From: Phoronis australis
Lineage: Eukaryota > Animalia > Phoronida
Direction: 5' to 3'
Assembly (NCBI GenBank): GCA_002633005.1
Contig: NMRA01000175.1
Coordinates: forward strand, 314,742 to 378,741
DNA: 64,000 bases
Each line of letters starts with the position of its first letter. Within the stretch, counting starts at the first letter, position 1. The notes under the pieces are model-generated. The model did no database searches. It saw only the letters and a program-made list of their open reading frames with translations, and was not told the origin of the DNA. The translations under genes and the position numbers were made by a program. This document shows positions 46,401 through 61,255 of the stretch, in pieces.

Positions 46401-49400
46401 ACATTCATTTCTGGTCCCTTGGTCATCAGTATGTTTTCTTGGAAAATACCAACAATCACTGTTGTTGATGCAATGCAAGTGTAAGAGTGACTAGTTTGTG
46501 GGACTCGGAATTCCTGGATTATTTTTTTATCTGACTCACATTCTCATTCAGGCTCCATACGTAGGGCTTTTAACTTAGGTCGCACCTATTTTTGACCGCA
46601 CTCTGCCTGTAATAATGTCAGATGTGTGGTGGTTGTGCCAGATTACTAGCATGGCTTTGTGCACTCAGTTTCTGTTCGTGGTTATTTTAGCTTGAACATT
46701 GTTTGGGTGAGTACCATGTTCAGACAAGTTATGTCTGTATGTCTCTGCTGAATTGAATTCAATCTATTTGAGAATTAACAAACCTGTGGTATTCATGTTC
46801 AGGTCGTGTCTCTCTTGGATCTTCAGTTTGGTCATTTTCTGGCCAGTTTCTCGTATTTTGATGATATTGTGATCATAATCTGATCACTCTGTACTCCTAG
46901 TTAGACACATTCTTGCCGTATTCTGACCACGTTCTGGCTATATTGTGACCATTTTTATCATACTCTTGCCATTTTGTGATAGTCTTTCCACTATCTTCAG
47001 TTGTCTCACATTCTACAGCCCATAACGCACCCTGGCATTATTCAATTAACAGCAATCAGTGATGTAATGTTAGGTAATTACACATGCCCTCCTGTAGTGG
47101 GCTTGTTTGTGTTGATGGCCTGTGTGTTAAGATTTTAAACACTAGTTGGTCCAAGTCTGTGCAATTTTCTGTGTGCAGTCTAGCAGGAGCAATCCATTTA
47201 ATCAAGATTATATGCTTTAATGTTTAATTACCATGGTGTTAAATATCAATTTATCAAGGGTTTTAGTTTCTCTGGTGTTAAGTTCTGCTGTTACAAGGTT
47301 TGTAATTATGCTCAAATTTCTAAAGTTTATTAAGGCAAGAATGTAAGTCCAGTTAGTAATACTGAGTGATAATTTTTTATATTTGGCCAAGAAATTTTTT
47401 AATTGACCTGTTTATTTTACAGTGTGTCCATTGACTTTGAATTGATTTGTGATGTGACCTCGTTAAATCCTGTTTTGCTACTGTATCCATGGGAAATTGT
47501 CATATGTGTCTTTCAAATATACACATTGTTTAAATAAATAACTGAATTTTGCCCTGTTTAACTGGCTAATCATATAATGTTCCTTACTATGATAGGATTG
47601 GAAAACTGTCAGCGACTCAAGCAAACACTTGAGAGCTTTAGGGTTAGGCCAACCATAAAGTTGCGAATTCGTAAATTGACCTTGTATGCATTGCCTGCCG
47701 GTTTTTTCATTTGTTAAATAGAGTGAACTGCAGCTTTATCTAAGTTTATTACTTGTCTTAAAGTGCAACTGTGTACAAACATTAGGTTGTGTTTGATATG
47801 CATCCAGTCTCATCCATTTTTCTTTGTTCAAAATAAACCATCTGGAACTACTCCTTGTGAATGTTTTATGGATTTTATTGCTGAACAATCGTCCATTTAT
47901 CCTTAGGTTGTTGATGACTTTTGTAACAGTTGTTTGGAAAATTTCACCTGGTGGCTAATTATATCGAATTCTAACCAGCCTTTTGGAAGTTGTTTAAAAA
48001 TCTTGAAGGAAAACTGATGAACTTAAAATAATTAACCAATTTTTTTACTGAAATTTCGTTGTTTGATGAATTGATACTGGTCTTTTCTTTTGAAAACTGC
48101 TGTGTAGTCATTAGTATATATTTTACTGTTTGAATTTCTCAGTACAGTAATGTCTGTGCCATTTGGTGTCAACTGACAGGAGCTTCTTGTAATGTAAATT
48201 CTGGGGGCATGTTGCAGCCAAGTGCACTCATTTCTTGCCTACTATTTCAGGTGGTCTATGGATCTTGATTTAAGCGTCCGTGGGTTTTAGTATCATTGTG
48301 ACTCATACTAACTTGGTGTATAATTTAGTTAGCTTACCAGTTTTTTATCATAGTAGCTCGTTTTAGGAAGCAATTTTGTGACCAAAAAGTCCCCCAAGGA
48401 GCTTGTCAGTAAAAGAATGGTGGGACTCTACTGGAAACCTGTTTTGCCTACCTCATCTACCTGATAGGTCATGAACTTGAATTTACTAGCTAGAGTTCAT
48501 TTTGTTATCAGTTTACCTGTTAAATGAGAGGTTCAGAGGCATCTCCCTCTCTTAAACACATTTATATGCGCAAAAATTTGGAAAGTAATTTCACCTTGTC
48601 CACATTGGCCTGGCATGAATAAGGATCCCATAGAGCCTTCATATGGGGTCTTAAAATCTTGTTTCATGGAGATGGGGATCTTTCTTTCTTGGGGAGAGCT
48701 CTTTTGGAAATCCTGTATCTTGTATCTGGAACAGCTTCTTCATTTGGAGCAATGGAACTGGTCATGAAAAGGTGAAGTTTTCCTAATTTTGTAGTTTAAA
48801 AAAGATGTTATTAGTGGATTAAAAGAACTTTCACATAATCAGATTGTATTGCTTCACATTATTATAGTGACTGAATTTATTTTTTTGCTTCAAAATTGTG
48901 GATATGATTTTACGTAAAGGAAATTAATTCACTATTTATATATAGTCTGGTCATTGTTAAAATCTTGATTTGCTCTCAAAGAGATGATTGAAGTAGAAGA
49001 CTTTTTCTAATTTTGGTTACTAATGTGAAAAAATTGTCTAATAAGTGGTTATAAAGATTGCTTCAAAATAAGAATGCGACCAAATTATACATTTTTATTA
49101 GGATTTTTAGGATGTGGTGTCTTGCAAAAAGTAGGTAAATTTTAGTGACGAAGTCAGTCTGTGGTTTCTAACTTCATGTCATGAATATCAACCTAAGGTT
49201 ACTGATAACCCTTGTGGTGCTAGTGGAACTGTAGTCGGGTTTATCTTCAAAATAAATGTCAGTTACAGTTAAATTTTCATTTGGTTATTAACTTAGCTTG
49301 TCCTTAAAACGCCGTTCCCTGTTAATATTTTTGAGTATTTATAGGAATGGCGTCACATGCTTACCGTAATTGTAAATTCAAAACTAGTATATTCATATGG

Positions 49401-51046
49401 GAGAAAATAAGTCAAGTGACGTAATTGGTTATATAGCCTAAAATATACTTTGGGGATTATAGTTAGCTGGTATAGACTTGTAATTTAAGTTATTAGGTTT
49501 GACCAGAGCTATCAAACAAAATCTCTGTTTTGTGATTTTATTATGAATCTCCCATTCTCGCGGTTGGCTGCTGGTCATTTGCTGTAGTCAAGGCATTGAC
49601 TTTGTTAATTAAATAAGTATTTATTCAGTTGGGTTTAGCTAGGAAAACGCTGGACTACGACCACTGAGATTGTGAGTTTGAATCTCACTGAGAGCAGCAG
49701 ATCAAAATGAAATACTTCTTGATTATATCACTTTAACATGGTTAGGCATTTTGGTGACAGGTAATTCATACAATTCTAAGATGTCTGCTTCTTCTGACAG
49801 ATTTTTGCTTGGAAACAATTAAAACTTGAAATTTTACCCTCACCACTTGGAGATATCATCTACTGCCACTTGCCAGCTAGTAATACTAACCCTCCAGTTG
49901 TTCAATTCTGTGGTCAACTTTTATCAGCAGTCAAGTGTCACAAGTGATTTTATGTTTCATATGTATTAAGTGAACAAGTGAAATTCCATTGTGTCCAATT
50001 CTCCCCAAAAATAGATTACAGAGTAAATTGTAGTCATTTGTAGCATGGTTTGTGTTGTGTAGATTTCACAAATTTACTTTTGCAACTCAACTGTAATTTA
50101 GCACACAATATGGCTGACAAGCGAAATTCTATTTTGTCAAATTTTCTCCACAAAAATATAAATAAAGCAATATTTAGTGTATTATATCCATGACATGTAT
50201 TACGTAGATGTTATAAAACAACTTTTAATTAATTTTCAGCAATGTACAATAAAGTAATTCAGCTCTTGAAAAACCAAAAAATGACAATTTTGAGAATCAC
50301 AGTGATATTGTTATGAAGATCTGTTCATTTGCAACTGGCGTGAAAAGAGAATTTAGTGAGCAAGTTTGTTGTGTGTGCAGCAATGTTTTTTTGCAATTGG
50401 ACAAAATCTTGTCAAAACCATGTACCATGCTGTATTGCCTTTGAATTAGTGCATTGAAATGTTTTCTACCCAAATGAAATGGCGAATTTTTCTCTCATGC
50501 ACACTTTTCTGACGAACTCTGGACTTGTATGCGATTAGTATGAAGGGGATTTTTGGTTTTGAATACCTAGATTGTAATGGTTAGCCAATAGATTTTGTCA
50601 ACACAATAACTCATTTTTTGTCATTTTGGAGCTGTGAAATTCTCTTCACATGTTTTTCCTCTTTGCCAGTTTTTGCATGTGTGAGGTGAAGCACATTTTG
50701 CACACAGAATTGTGGTTCGTGGCTGGGGGGATTTGATGTCTAAACCCAGTGAGGATATCATGATGTGGTCAACTTGGATATCTTCTCTGGTAAATATTGA
50801 CTGCTTGTTCTTTCTTGATGGTGTATTTATTTTCTCAGGGGTTTCACTGCCCCCATATCTGGTCTAGATAAACACTTGTCTGTTGGAGGTGTCAGTGGCC
50901 CTAGTTTGCTCCCAGTGGGAATATTGGCTGTGGCAGACATTTTGTTGATAATGCTTCTCTTCAAAAATTAGTTATAATCCCGCAGATGTTCTGAATTAGT
51001 TTTCAAAGCGTTCAATTCTTGTTTAAGTTAGAATGAATGCTGTATT

Positions 51047-51137
51047 CCGTATTTTGAGAATCAGTTTGATGCCCGTTATTCAGTGGAGAAAACTGGTTCT
51101 CAAAATTCGGGCACATTATATCAGACCATTACCCTGA
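51047..51137. mobile_element. Short palindromic mini-MITE, copy 2
   Basis: attttgagaatcagtttgatgcccgttattcagtggagaaaactggttctcaaaattcgggcac is the reverse complement of the 14541-14612 core. Confidence 0.6.
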
Positions 51138-54100
51138 ACACCTACAAGCTGTAGACCATGTCTTCTATCAGTTTACGAGATTCGACTGGCAGCCAAATTG
51201 GCTTGCAGTGCATCAAGTGATGATGCTTGAATTTCATATTAGAATTCAGTTTTCAGTGACAATCATTTGTTCCTCCCAAGTCGGAAGAAAACACTTCAGT
51301 TTCTTACCTGAGTAAAGTACAAATTGAGACAAATTTTATGATAGGCAATGCATTTACAAAGTGGATGCTTGTGGCTTGGAAAATTGCTCAATACCGGTGC
51401 AGTGTGACTTAAGTATTTGCCAACTACTGAGGAACCTTCGACATGCAGTTCTGTTGTGTGTTGTGAATGCACGGAAGCATCTTTCAATTGACTCATTTTT
51501 TTAAAACGAGTTAAAATTCTTATGTGTGAGACAGGCCAAGTTGACTGGGACGCAATGCAATTTCATTCATTCACGGATATTTTGAGACATTGGACATTTT
51601 CGTGTGAATTGTTAGATCATCCCACACACAACAATGACAATTTGATAGTATTATGATCTCACAGAATCGATAAATAATTCTGGGGCACTCCATTATATTT
51701 CCATACCGAGAACATCAACTTCTTTATCTTCATTGAGTAGTAAGATGAATTTCATCGTCAGAAAATGGCTGTTAATTGTAATGGAGAAATGTTAGCAAAA
51801 CATTTATGCAAATTAATATTTTCAATTTGATATTTGTCCGGTAAGCTATTGGTTGTTGTCCTCCACTCCAGAGTTGTTTCAGTATTGGACGTGGTCTGGT
51901 GAACATTGGAACTGTGGTGGAAACGCCTTTGGATGCTATTGTAGAAGTCAAGAGGATTATCAATTGATAGATAACCTGTCATTGCCTGGCAACATAAATC
52001 CTTCAACACCCTGGTCATCATAACACCTGCCCTACAGTTGAGTGCAGGTATAGGGGCTATCAATCATTTGCTAGAAGAAAATTATGTAATTCTAGAGTAA
52101 ATAACTCATGTAATACTTTTCTGGACTACCTAGACTCAAAAAGTCAATGGAGTGACTGTCTTCCAAGAACAAGAAAATTGAGAGGTCAAGTGAATTATAG
52201 GGGACAGGCTATTAATGCAATATTGTCTGTTGGAAATAAGTGATTAGTGATAACAGTTATTGTGACCTTCATTATTTAGCAATTGACCCATTTCCTGGGT
52301 TATTTTGATTGGAAAACGGCCATCATGGGTGTCTAAGTACATAAAATTCCATTTGGCAAATGAACGTATCTCCAGGGTTCTCCACAACCTGTTTTGACTA
52401 GTCACTGCGTCTAGTTCGAATTTTGCAATGACGAGTTTGACTTACTTCCGTGGAGTTTGAAAACCTATGCAACAAGTTTAAAGCATTGGGAGATTAGTAA
52501 CTTCTTAAGCTAAGTAGAGCATTTTGGATTTTTGGTAGCAGTTCAATGCAATTAATGTAAGACGCAACCCACAAACTCCCCAGAGTAATGGACATGGACT
52601 TTTTGTAATTCTAGTTGAGTTTGAATTTTGTGTTGTGGAGACCACTGAATTCTCAAAGCTTCACCGTAACACGCTAGTCCTTGGTCTTGTCCTTGCATCT
52701 GGCCAGATAATTTGGATTATATTTGATTGATTGTTTTTTTAAATGTGAGGATATTTTGGTCCTTAAGTACAGTGCAAGCCAAAATCTTCAAACAAATGAC
52801 CTGGAATTCTCCGCCATGATGGCTGGGGGGAAGTCGAAGTCGTCATTAGAGTTGTCTCCCCTAATGCTTAAGAACGAAGGGTAATTAACAAGAAAGTTGG
52901 CAAGGTGGTTAAGTCATTCTGTGACTAGAATTTTGCCGCCCCAGCATTTATTACTAGACATTTTTGATCTTAACCGAATTAGCCATAAGGATGGGTATAA
53001 AATGTTATTTTGTCTGATTACTTTTGTCTTGTGTACTGTAAGTAAATCTATGCAGTCCAAGTTGCTGGACATACCTAGAAAGAGTGAATGACCTTTTCTA
53101 AACAAATGTCAAAGAGACCATCCCAGTTCCAGGGTGGCTGGTCAAGAACATAACTCACAAAACATATGTTGTTTTGGAGAATGTATAATTGGTACAACTG
53201 TCACCCTTGGAAATGTATGGAACTTAAATGTTATAGTAGGGTTACACTAAACTCTAAAATCAAAACAGCTTAACACCTTCATTTTATAACATCTGAAGTT
53301 TGCAATGTGGCATTTTCAGTGAAAACAAAATGTAAAATTTTAGAAGTGTGGTTCAGTCAACTCAACTAGTCTATGACACTTCATTGTACAATTTGAAGTG
53401 TGAGATGTATTTAGTAACAGTCTCTCTGGAAAAGCCAAGATAGTCATTCATTCTTTGATTTATGTTTGCATTTGAAGCTGTTAGTATCACCATTGGTGTC
53501 TCCTCAGACTTCTGGAATTTTAATCTCTAAACCCCGTGTTCCTCCAAGAAGCAAACTTTTGATTTAGACTACCATTGTACCGTACTTGTCAGGGTTACCT
53601 CCCATGCTCAGCTTACCGCCCATCCCCGTTTTTTTTTAGATTCCCAATGTAAAGCGCCCTGAGCAGTAACCCAGACGAGTATGGAAAATTTGGTGTCTAG
53701 TTGTCCCTTATTCATGTGAGAAGTGGTTGCTGGATTTGTGAAGAAATTGCAGACAGTTATTCCTTGAGACCATACTCACCACATCAAATGACAGGCCTGA
53801 TGCCAACCCACCTTGAAGAACTTCAGGTCTCGTGCAATAACGAACTGTCAATTCTTTCAAATTCCCGAAATCTCTTCCAATTTGGCTAAGGAAAAATTTG
53901 AGACTAATTTCACTATGGTAAGTGGTTGGAATCAACACTTGTTTTATAAGCTGGAAGATGCGTTTTTTGCCACTTTAAGGAGAATCCATGCAGCAAGATG
54001 CAACAAGGTGCAAGCAAAATAGCCATTAGGTTTAGATGTTTGTAGAGGACGTAAATTCAAATCCGTCCTCAACAGATGACTTTTCTCCCCAGAACTGCCA

Positions 54101-57100
54101 ATTTCCTCTTTCAATGGTCAAAACATGACCAATGCAGCACTTGATAGGTCAAGCAGAAATTGCTAATTTCAAAGTGGAACAAATTAGGAAGTTTGGTGGC
54201 TGTGATGAATCTTGCTGTTGAAATAATCAATGAACTACTTCTTAGTCCACACTTTTATCATGTTGTAAACTGGAATGTTAACTCATAATGTAAGAAAGAC
54301 AAAAACAAACATTACCAAGAACAAAGTTTTTCAAAGATGGCCCTGTATGTGGCTTTAACTGACAAAACATTCCTGCTCATATTAATAATAATAGATGAGC
54401 TATGAGAAAAGATTTTGGAAAGTGAGACTTTTCTGCTTGTTTTTACATGAATTATGATGGCAGCCCATATGTGGTAAATGTATTCTACGAACTGTGTCAG
54501 CTGATTCAAGCGCAGACTGTGACTCATGCCTGTGTTATTATGATGGCAATTTGTAGAATTGGCTTCTTCTTTTGTTATGAAAAGTGGTTTCTCTTGCCCA
54601 TTAATCTTACCAGAGTAACAGCTAATTCTGGTTGCTTTTTGACGAGTTTTCCATTTGCTGTGACTTAGTGTTAAAACTGCTGTGACGCCAACGGATCTTC
54701 AAACAGCCTGTGTCCGTTTGATAATTTTTGATAGATCTTTTGTTTGTAGTCAGACTGCAAACGTTATCCAGTCTGTGCCTTGGTGTTTTTATTAACTTCC
54801 TCATGGACATTTTTTATGTTGGTAAATTTAGAAATGGTTTTTTAATTAGATGATTCCTTAATCTAATTATTGAAATGTTCACGACATTCAGCCAGGGGCT
54901 GGGATAAAGTCCTCAGTGAAGGCTTTGTTTTGCAGCTGTTAATTTAAAACTGGAAAGCTGAGTGTCTCAGTTGCCAATAGTCCTCTGTTACCAGTTAAGT
55001 GCCTTGTTTTGACTAGCTCTTGTCTTGAGGTCAGCAGAAAGTCTTTTTTATGAATTTGTGGAGCAAAAATTCCATGTAGCCATGGACTACAGTTTGGTTA
55101 AGAAGAGGAAAAAGGACAAATACTGTTTAAATTAATATTGCTGAGAATGTGTTATGACTCATGAATGATCATGAATTATGAATGGTGACTTCAGGCAGGG
55201 CTTCTGATTTGAGATGAGTCTTTTCTTCTGCAAGGGGCAAATTATGAAACGACTTCATTCAAAATGTTAACGTCTTTTGACTCATTGCATCTACAAGTAA
55301 TTTTATTGTATTTAGTTAGAATTAATTGTTGAGCTTAGAGTGGATGTACTCATGTAAGCCACATCCTCCTTCTATTCCTGAATATTCCACCACGTATGTG
55401 GCTACATGAGTACTTGACAATAATGTAACAAACCAACGAAAATCAAATGCTAATGACTTCTTTCAATAGCACAATGCAGGCTAAATCAGTCTTCGTTTTT
55501 TTGGCAGAATTTGCAAACATGGCAAGCCTCAGGGCTGTAAATCAAGCTGTGCCATACGTATAAGCTTGGTTTATTGTGAGAGTTGGAGGAGTGTCAAGGG
55601 TCTGCATTTATAGCCGGTGTCAGTTATTTTCACTTTAATCAGAAATTCTCTGTTGCTTGTAATGTTTGTTTGGGAGTTTGTTCTTCAGAACAGAAAATTC
55701 AAATTAAATGAGAGTTATTTTAAGTCCTCCATGCTGTGATGAGGGTATATAAAGANCTTCCTTCCCCCCTTCCCTTCTCGCTCTGAACGAAGGTACACAA
55801 ACAAGTGGTATCATGAATATTGCGTAGCGCACCACCTACTGTAGACTAAGCAAGTCTTGTGGATAAAGCGAAGACACTGCGACAGGGCTGCTCTTAGCAG
55901 CTTCTTACAGTACATTACTGACTGAACTCAGGTGACCACCCATAAGTGAAGACACCTATGCACACACTCACAAAACAGACTAATACCCATATTGTTGGCC
56001 ACTTCTGCCCAATACACAGATTCAAGATCACATTCATAAGCCCACAAAGACTTTGCCAATACTAGATGGCCAACAAAGGCCAAGCACAACCATCACCAGT
56101 TTGGAGTAACTCTGGGAAGAGATAACTGACAATGTCAAATGTGACACCCCTTCTCTCCTGCTATGTCCCTCCCTTCTCCCATCCCTCCCTCTCCTGATTT
56201 GTTATTCCTCCCTATCATCATCCATCCCTCTCCTATCTCTCACTCTAGTCACTATTAATAGTATCGGTAATACCTCACTTGTTAAGCATAGAACAACTGT
56301 AGTTCTATTTTGTCAGTTCTGCACAAAAATAAAGAGAAATGTTTGGTAATGTATCACTAGCATGGTTTGTTCTGGGTAGATGTTATCAAACAACTTGTTG
56401 GTAAATTTTCCAGTACTGTATTTATAATACTGTAATCAGCCTTTGAAAACTGGAAAATTTCAATTTTGTAAATTATTTTTGTGTGACGTAAGTGGAGCAC
56501 TGTCATAACCTTAGTTACTAACATTGCTTGGTGAATAAAAATTTGCATGAAAAGATCTCGAACTGGTTGTAGGCTAACCAAAGTTGTTGTCCCAATTTAC
56601 AACAAAGATGTCTAAATCCCATCTTGCTATCATAACAACCAGCCATAACAGGCTGTGGTCTACACTGGGGTTCAACATGTTTGAAGAAAATACTGTTTTC
56701 TTATCGTTTGTATTCAGGATTGTAACCTGATCAATCTCTCATGGTTCACTGAATACATGGAAAGAGGCAGGTAGCATTTAAAAGAGTATCCATTATCAAA
56801 CAATGATGCATAATTATTGCTTGTCCTATGACGTCTGCTTTTGTGTATGATGACTCAGTCTTTCCCTGTGACCATTAGCTTCATAACTGATCGAAAGTCC
56901 TCCCATCAGTTGTGGGTGGAGATTGAGTTATGAAAATCCCACAGGGTGTTGATCTACATTGTACATAATTTACCTTCCTTGTCGCACTTAACATTTGGGA
57001 AACAAGGAAAAGTAGTTGAATGTCGTTTTACACAGGTATGCTACTTGTAACCCATCGCACGGTAAGTCCTGTGTATTTGAGAAAGCTTGCAAAATTGGGT

Positions 57101-60100
57101 TTGATGAATTGATCTGCTGAATTGGTGACTTTTAACATAGAAGTCGTTAGCCTTGGGAGAACTTGAAAGCGTCTTAGTTTCAATTTATGGTAGCCTAGAC
57201 GGAAAAACTAACAATGGTGGAAGGCATTTGTGTTAGCGATGCACATTTTTATATGGATCATTTGATCATCCCACCGCACAACTATGGTGACTTGTTGATG
57301 TGGTGTTAGCAATGAATTATAAAAAAAATAAAATTCTACATCAATAAAAACTAACCAAAGCAAGACACAATGCACCGTACATGTGTAACTTCATTTTATT
57401 ATTTTTCATGCAGCACCATAGATATGGTTTTCCATGATCAATACTTGTACCTCAGCTACCATCATCCAAAGCTTGTGACAAGTTGTGGGGAGTCAACAAC
57501 AGTGTCAGAAGCCTTTGAAAAATCAAAAAAAAAAATTCTGTTTTGCCAATTATTTTTGTCCCAAATTGCTGAGATTTTACCATACTACAAAATCTCCGCC
57601 CAAGTAACATGTAAACCGCATGGGTTGCTGTAGATTGGCACAAAAACTATTATATCTAATGACACAGCACATTTTAAAATGTCACTGCTATAATCGGAAA
57701 ATAACTGATCTAGTATTTTCCAATACTCATTAGTTTCCTTGTTCGCTGTTCAAGTTTTTTATTCCCAAATGAGAGAGCAGGTTCGCTGGAAAGTAACATC
57801 GACTAGTCTATATATATATGCAAATGTCTACAAAGTTATTGGATTTTAATGTATTAAAATGAATATCATTTTTCTTAGAGTGGAATTTTGATATTTGACT
57901 TACTGGTAGTACTAATCTGCCATTAGATCAGGTCAGGTGACCATGTTTTCTTAATATTTAGCAAAAAAAGTTAAATTAATACCAAAGCTATGATATCAAT
58001 AACATGACTGAAATAAATTCCAATTGATATAAACATTCAAGATGAAATTTCAAAACTTTTTAAATGTTTTCTTTCATTTCCATTTGATCAAATTTTTGAT
58101 TTTTTTCTGTCATTACCATAAAAGTACTATTTTTGTTAGCTCCTCATTGAAAAGTGGAACATTTTTTAAAGCTCTGTTATAAAATAAAGCATTTTTGATT
58201 TTTTTAATCAAAAATTGGAGAATTGATACTTCTTTAATTTGTTGCATGGTAGGATGTATGTTTCTATTCATGGTTTTGATGCAGTGTGTGGGAAATGTGG
58301 GTTAATGACATCCTGTCAACTTTGGTCAACTTATTGCTGATGATAAGACCAACTATGAGGTCCTCATAATCAGATAATTGTGATTCACATCATGCAGCAA
58401 ATATGTTGGCTGAGTAAACAATCCTAAGATAAACTGAAGTCAAACAATACACCATACCATCTATTGTTTAGTTGAAGAGACTCGATTATTTAAAATTTAT
58501 GTATTGTCAGTAATTTTTGTGCACCTTCATACATGTATGGTAAAGTCGCACCATTTTCAGACACTCAAAATTAATTCCAATAGAATAAAGTGATTCTTGG
58601 TCAAATATCGCAGGACAAGATTTTTGTGGTGTCTGAATTTGGCGGATCCAAAATTTGCCTTTTTGCTGTTGTCTGAATTTGGTGAGCTAAATCTCTTCAA
58701 AACTTTTTAGAAGTGGGCATGCGCAAGATGTGTGGCCACATATTTTTGTTGCTTTGTATAAGCGTCTGGTTGTAATGTTGTTCGGGTGACTTCTCGATGT
58801 CTCAAAAACTCTTGGTCAATACCATTAAAATTTCAGACAAATTTGAACACTGCAACACTAATAGTGGCTATTTTGTTCTGAACGAGGACTTTTCAAGTGT
58901 AATTGTTTGGGGTAAGAGTACTTCCGAATGATATCTAGAGAACCGATGGACAGATTCCAATGAAACTTGACATAGAGATACCATATCATTTGTGATGACA
59001 TTTTGCTGGCACCATTTGATTTTCAGGTGGATACTTTTATTGCAGCCCCTACATATCGTTAGTAATGCACTGTGGGCCAATGTCAACATCCCAGCATTGC
59101 TCTTGTTTAATCTGGTGATTGATAAATATCGAAGTTAATTGTTGGAAAATCTCTTTGAACATTTTTTTCTTTTGTAACTTTCGTTCTTAATGATAATCTA
59201 GGCAAATCCTGTCTGAATTTAATCTTGAACAGTGTATTCTGTCCATCATGTAGGTTTGTGGTGGCAGGTTTTTCTCCTATCAACAGTGAGGGAGGGAGTA
59301 AACGTTATGAACAAAATACCAACAGTGATTTGGAGATATGGAAGCTGTCAGATGCATCTCTTGTATCTTCCAACATGGAAATATGTTTCCATAGAAGGTG
59401 TGTATGGGATGTGGCACTCAGAAGAGTGACTTTTTCACAACCAATTTTCCTACAAATACCTTTTCTTACAAGACATTCTATGAAAGGGTGACTTTTCGGA
59501 TTCCTGTTCTAAGGGTTTCACGTTGGTAATTTTAAGGTCTACAAAAACTCACTTCTTGCAACTAAAAATCTGCAGATGGGTTTTGATATGGTTTGTGTTT
59601 ATAAAACTTGGGTTGTCATTTTTGACAAAATGGAAGCCTCTGGAAACATAGAGTACTTGAGTGCACCCGTAGGAATTGGAATTGGTGAAGTGATTGTTCA
59701 AATTTTCAATGGATGATTGGTGTGTTTCTGTTAAACAAATTATAAGCAGATGTTCCTTTGTGAAATGAGATAGTTCTGAATTGGTTGAAAACATCTCTGA
59801 TTTGAGATAAGTAATGGAAGGAATCTATGAGCCAGTTTGATGTTATTAAATTAGGCAACTAAGGTTTACAGTCCAAAGGGCCTTTAATTGAAACTCAAGC
59901 TATTGGGACAGTAATTTGTTGTTACTCCAAAGGTCTTATGATGAGGGCCCATTTTGTTTGTATGCCTCATTGACCAGTTGTTTATACCATTACCAAAGTT
60001 TTCATGTTTCTATGGCAGCTAGTGACAACACTTGACTGTGGTCTATTTTGACATCGCCTCTGACTGTTTTACCCCCAGTAAGTTTATCTAATTAGACAGT

Positions 60101-60707
60101 TGTCATGCAAAGGAAATGAGTTGTCCAGCCTCTGCACAGTGTTGTAATGTTGTTGTGCTTGCTATCTGAACATCTGTGAGATTGTGGGAGCAGGCCAGCC
60201 AACACATGTGGTAGTGTTTTGAGGCTAAAGATCTGGTGTCATGGTAATTTACTGTGGAGGAAATTAGAGCCTGTGCCTTGTGTTTTGATGAAAATGGGTA
60301 ATTATGGCCAGTTAAGCAGGGGACAGCAGTGTGTGTGGAAGACTGTTGTGAGATAAAGTGAGATTGCAGAAGTTATGGAATGATTTGGTTAACTGTCCCT
60401 ATTTTGGGAAAGCAGTTTGATCAGATAAGCTTAAGTTCACGCCAAGGTGGTTCAGTGGTGACGTATGGCTTAGTAAGGTAAAGTCTCGCCAATTTCAGTT
60501 CAAAGAATTGTGAAAACTGACTTTTTTCATTTTAAAAAGGTTTCTAGCTTTGCTTAGAATGCTGCCAAGTTCTGTTTACTGATGGTGGCTACAGTGTGAA
60601 AGTTAATATGATGAAGCATTTATTCACTGCCACTTATCTTCTGTGGAAAAATGAAGAAAATTCCCTCGTCTACCTTATTTTGTCCCAGATTGATGAACTT
60701 ATACAAT

Positions 60708-60780
60708 ATGGTGGCAGCTATAATATACCACCTTGCATATCATGTCTGGTCGGTTTTCTTGATTTTATTGTGTCTATGTG
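60708..60780 (+). CDS. Signal-peptide exon of the SUEL-lectin-domain gene (alternative in-frame ATG at 60693)
   Basis: Acceptor ttattttgtcccag| at 60688; encodes MVAAIIYHLAYHVWSVFLILLCLC; phase-1 donor G|gtatgg matches the phase-1 acceptor of the lectin exon, giving ...LCLC-V-PNISG-IRTGFACEG. Confidence 0.7.
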
Positions 60781-61255
60781 GTATGGTCTGGAAAGAATTG
60801 TGGACCCCAACGGTCCTGAATACTGTTACGTCTATAGAGTTCTGTTTCATTGTGGTGTAGAGAAGCTACGTCATCAGCTGAGCCCCAGTCATGGGCATCT
60901 GTCATATCTATGGCTGTGCATTACTGCAAGTTTGTGACCCCTCAGATTTCTGGTTTGTGGGTATGGCCACAGAATTGTATTGTTTTTTCATGTAGATTGG
61001 AGTTAGAAACTGTGCAGTAAGTTCTAACAAGTCCGCGGTGGAACTGAATTGTTTCTCCCACATTGCCAGTGTTTCAACCATTCCATGCCTCACGATGTTT
61101 GTTTGCTCTTTCACTATCCCTCATTTCATATCGTGTTAATTCACTGTCTAAGTTTCTAATTTCCAATGGTAGGCGATTACTTACAGTCATCAATTTATGT
61201 CACAAATGTTTCCATACAGTAGTAGAATTGCTCTGAAGTATAGGGCAAGTTTGTA

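Noticed and set aside
46552-46706. Coding exon (ttcag acceptor, gtgagt donor)
   Set aside because: The hydrophobic ATG frame stops before the donor; it might be a UTR exon, but this cannot be supported without transcripts.
49625-49700. tRNA gene
   Set aside because: Only degenerate A-box and B-box-like motifs (gtttgaatctc) are present and no complete cloverleaf; at most a decayed SINE head.
51296-52063. Minus-strand ORFs as transposase remnants
   Set aside because: No recognisable DDE, reverse transcriptase or other conserved motifs.
60596-60937. 113-aa ORF as a standalone gene
   Set aside because: It overlaps the signal-peptide exon in another frame and has no domain.
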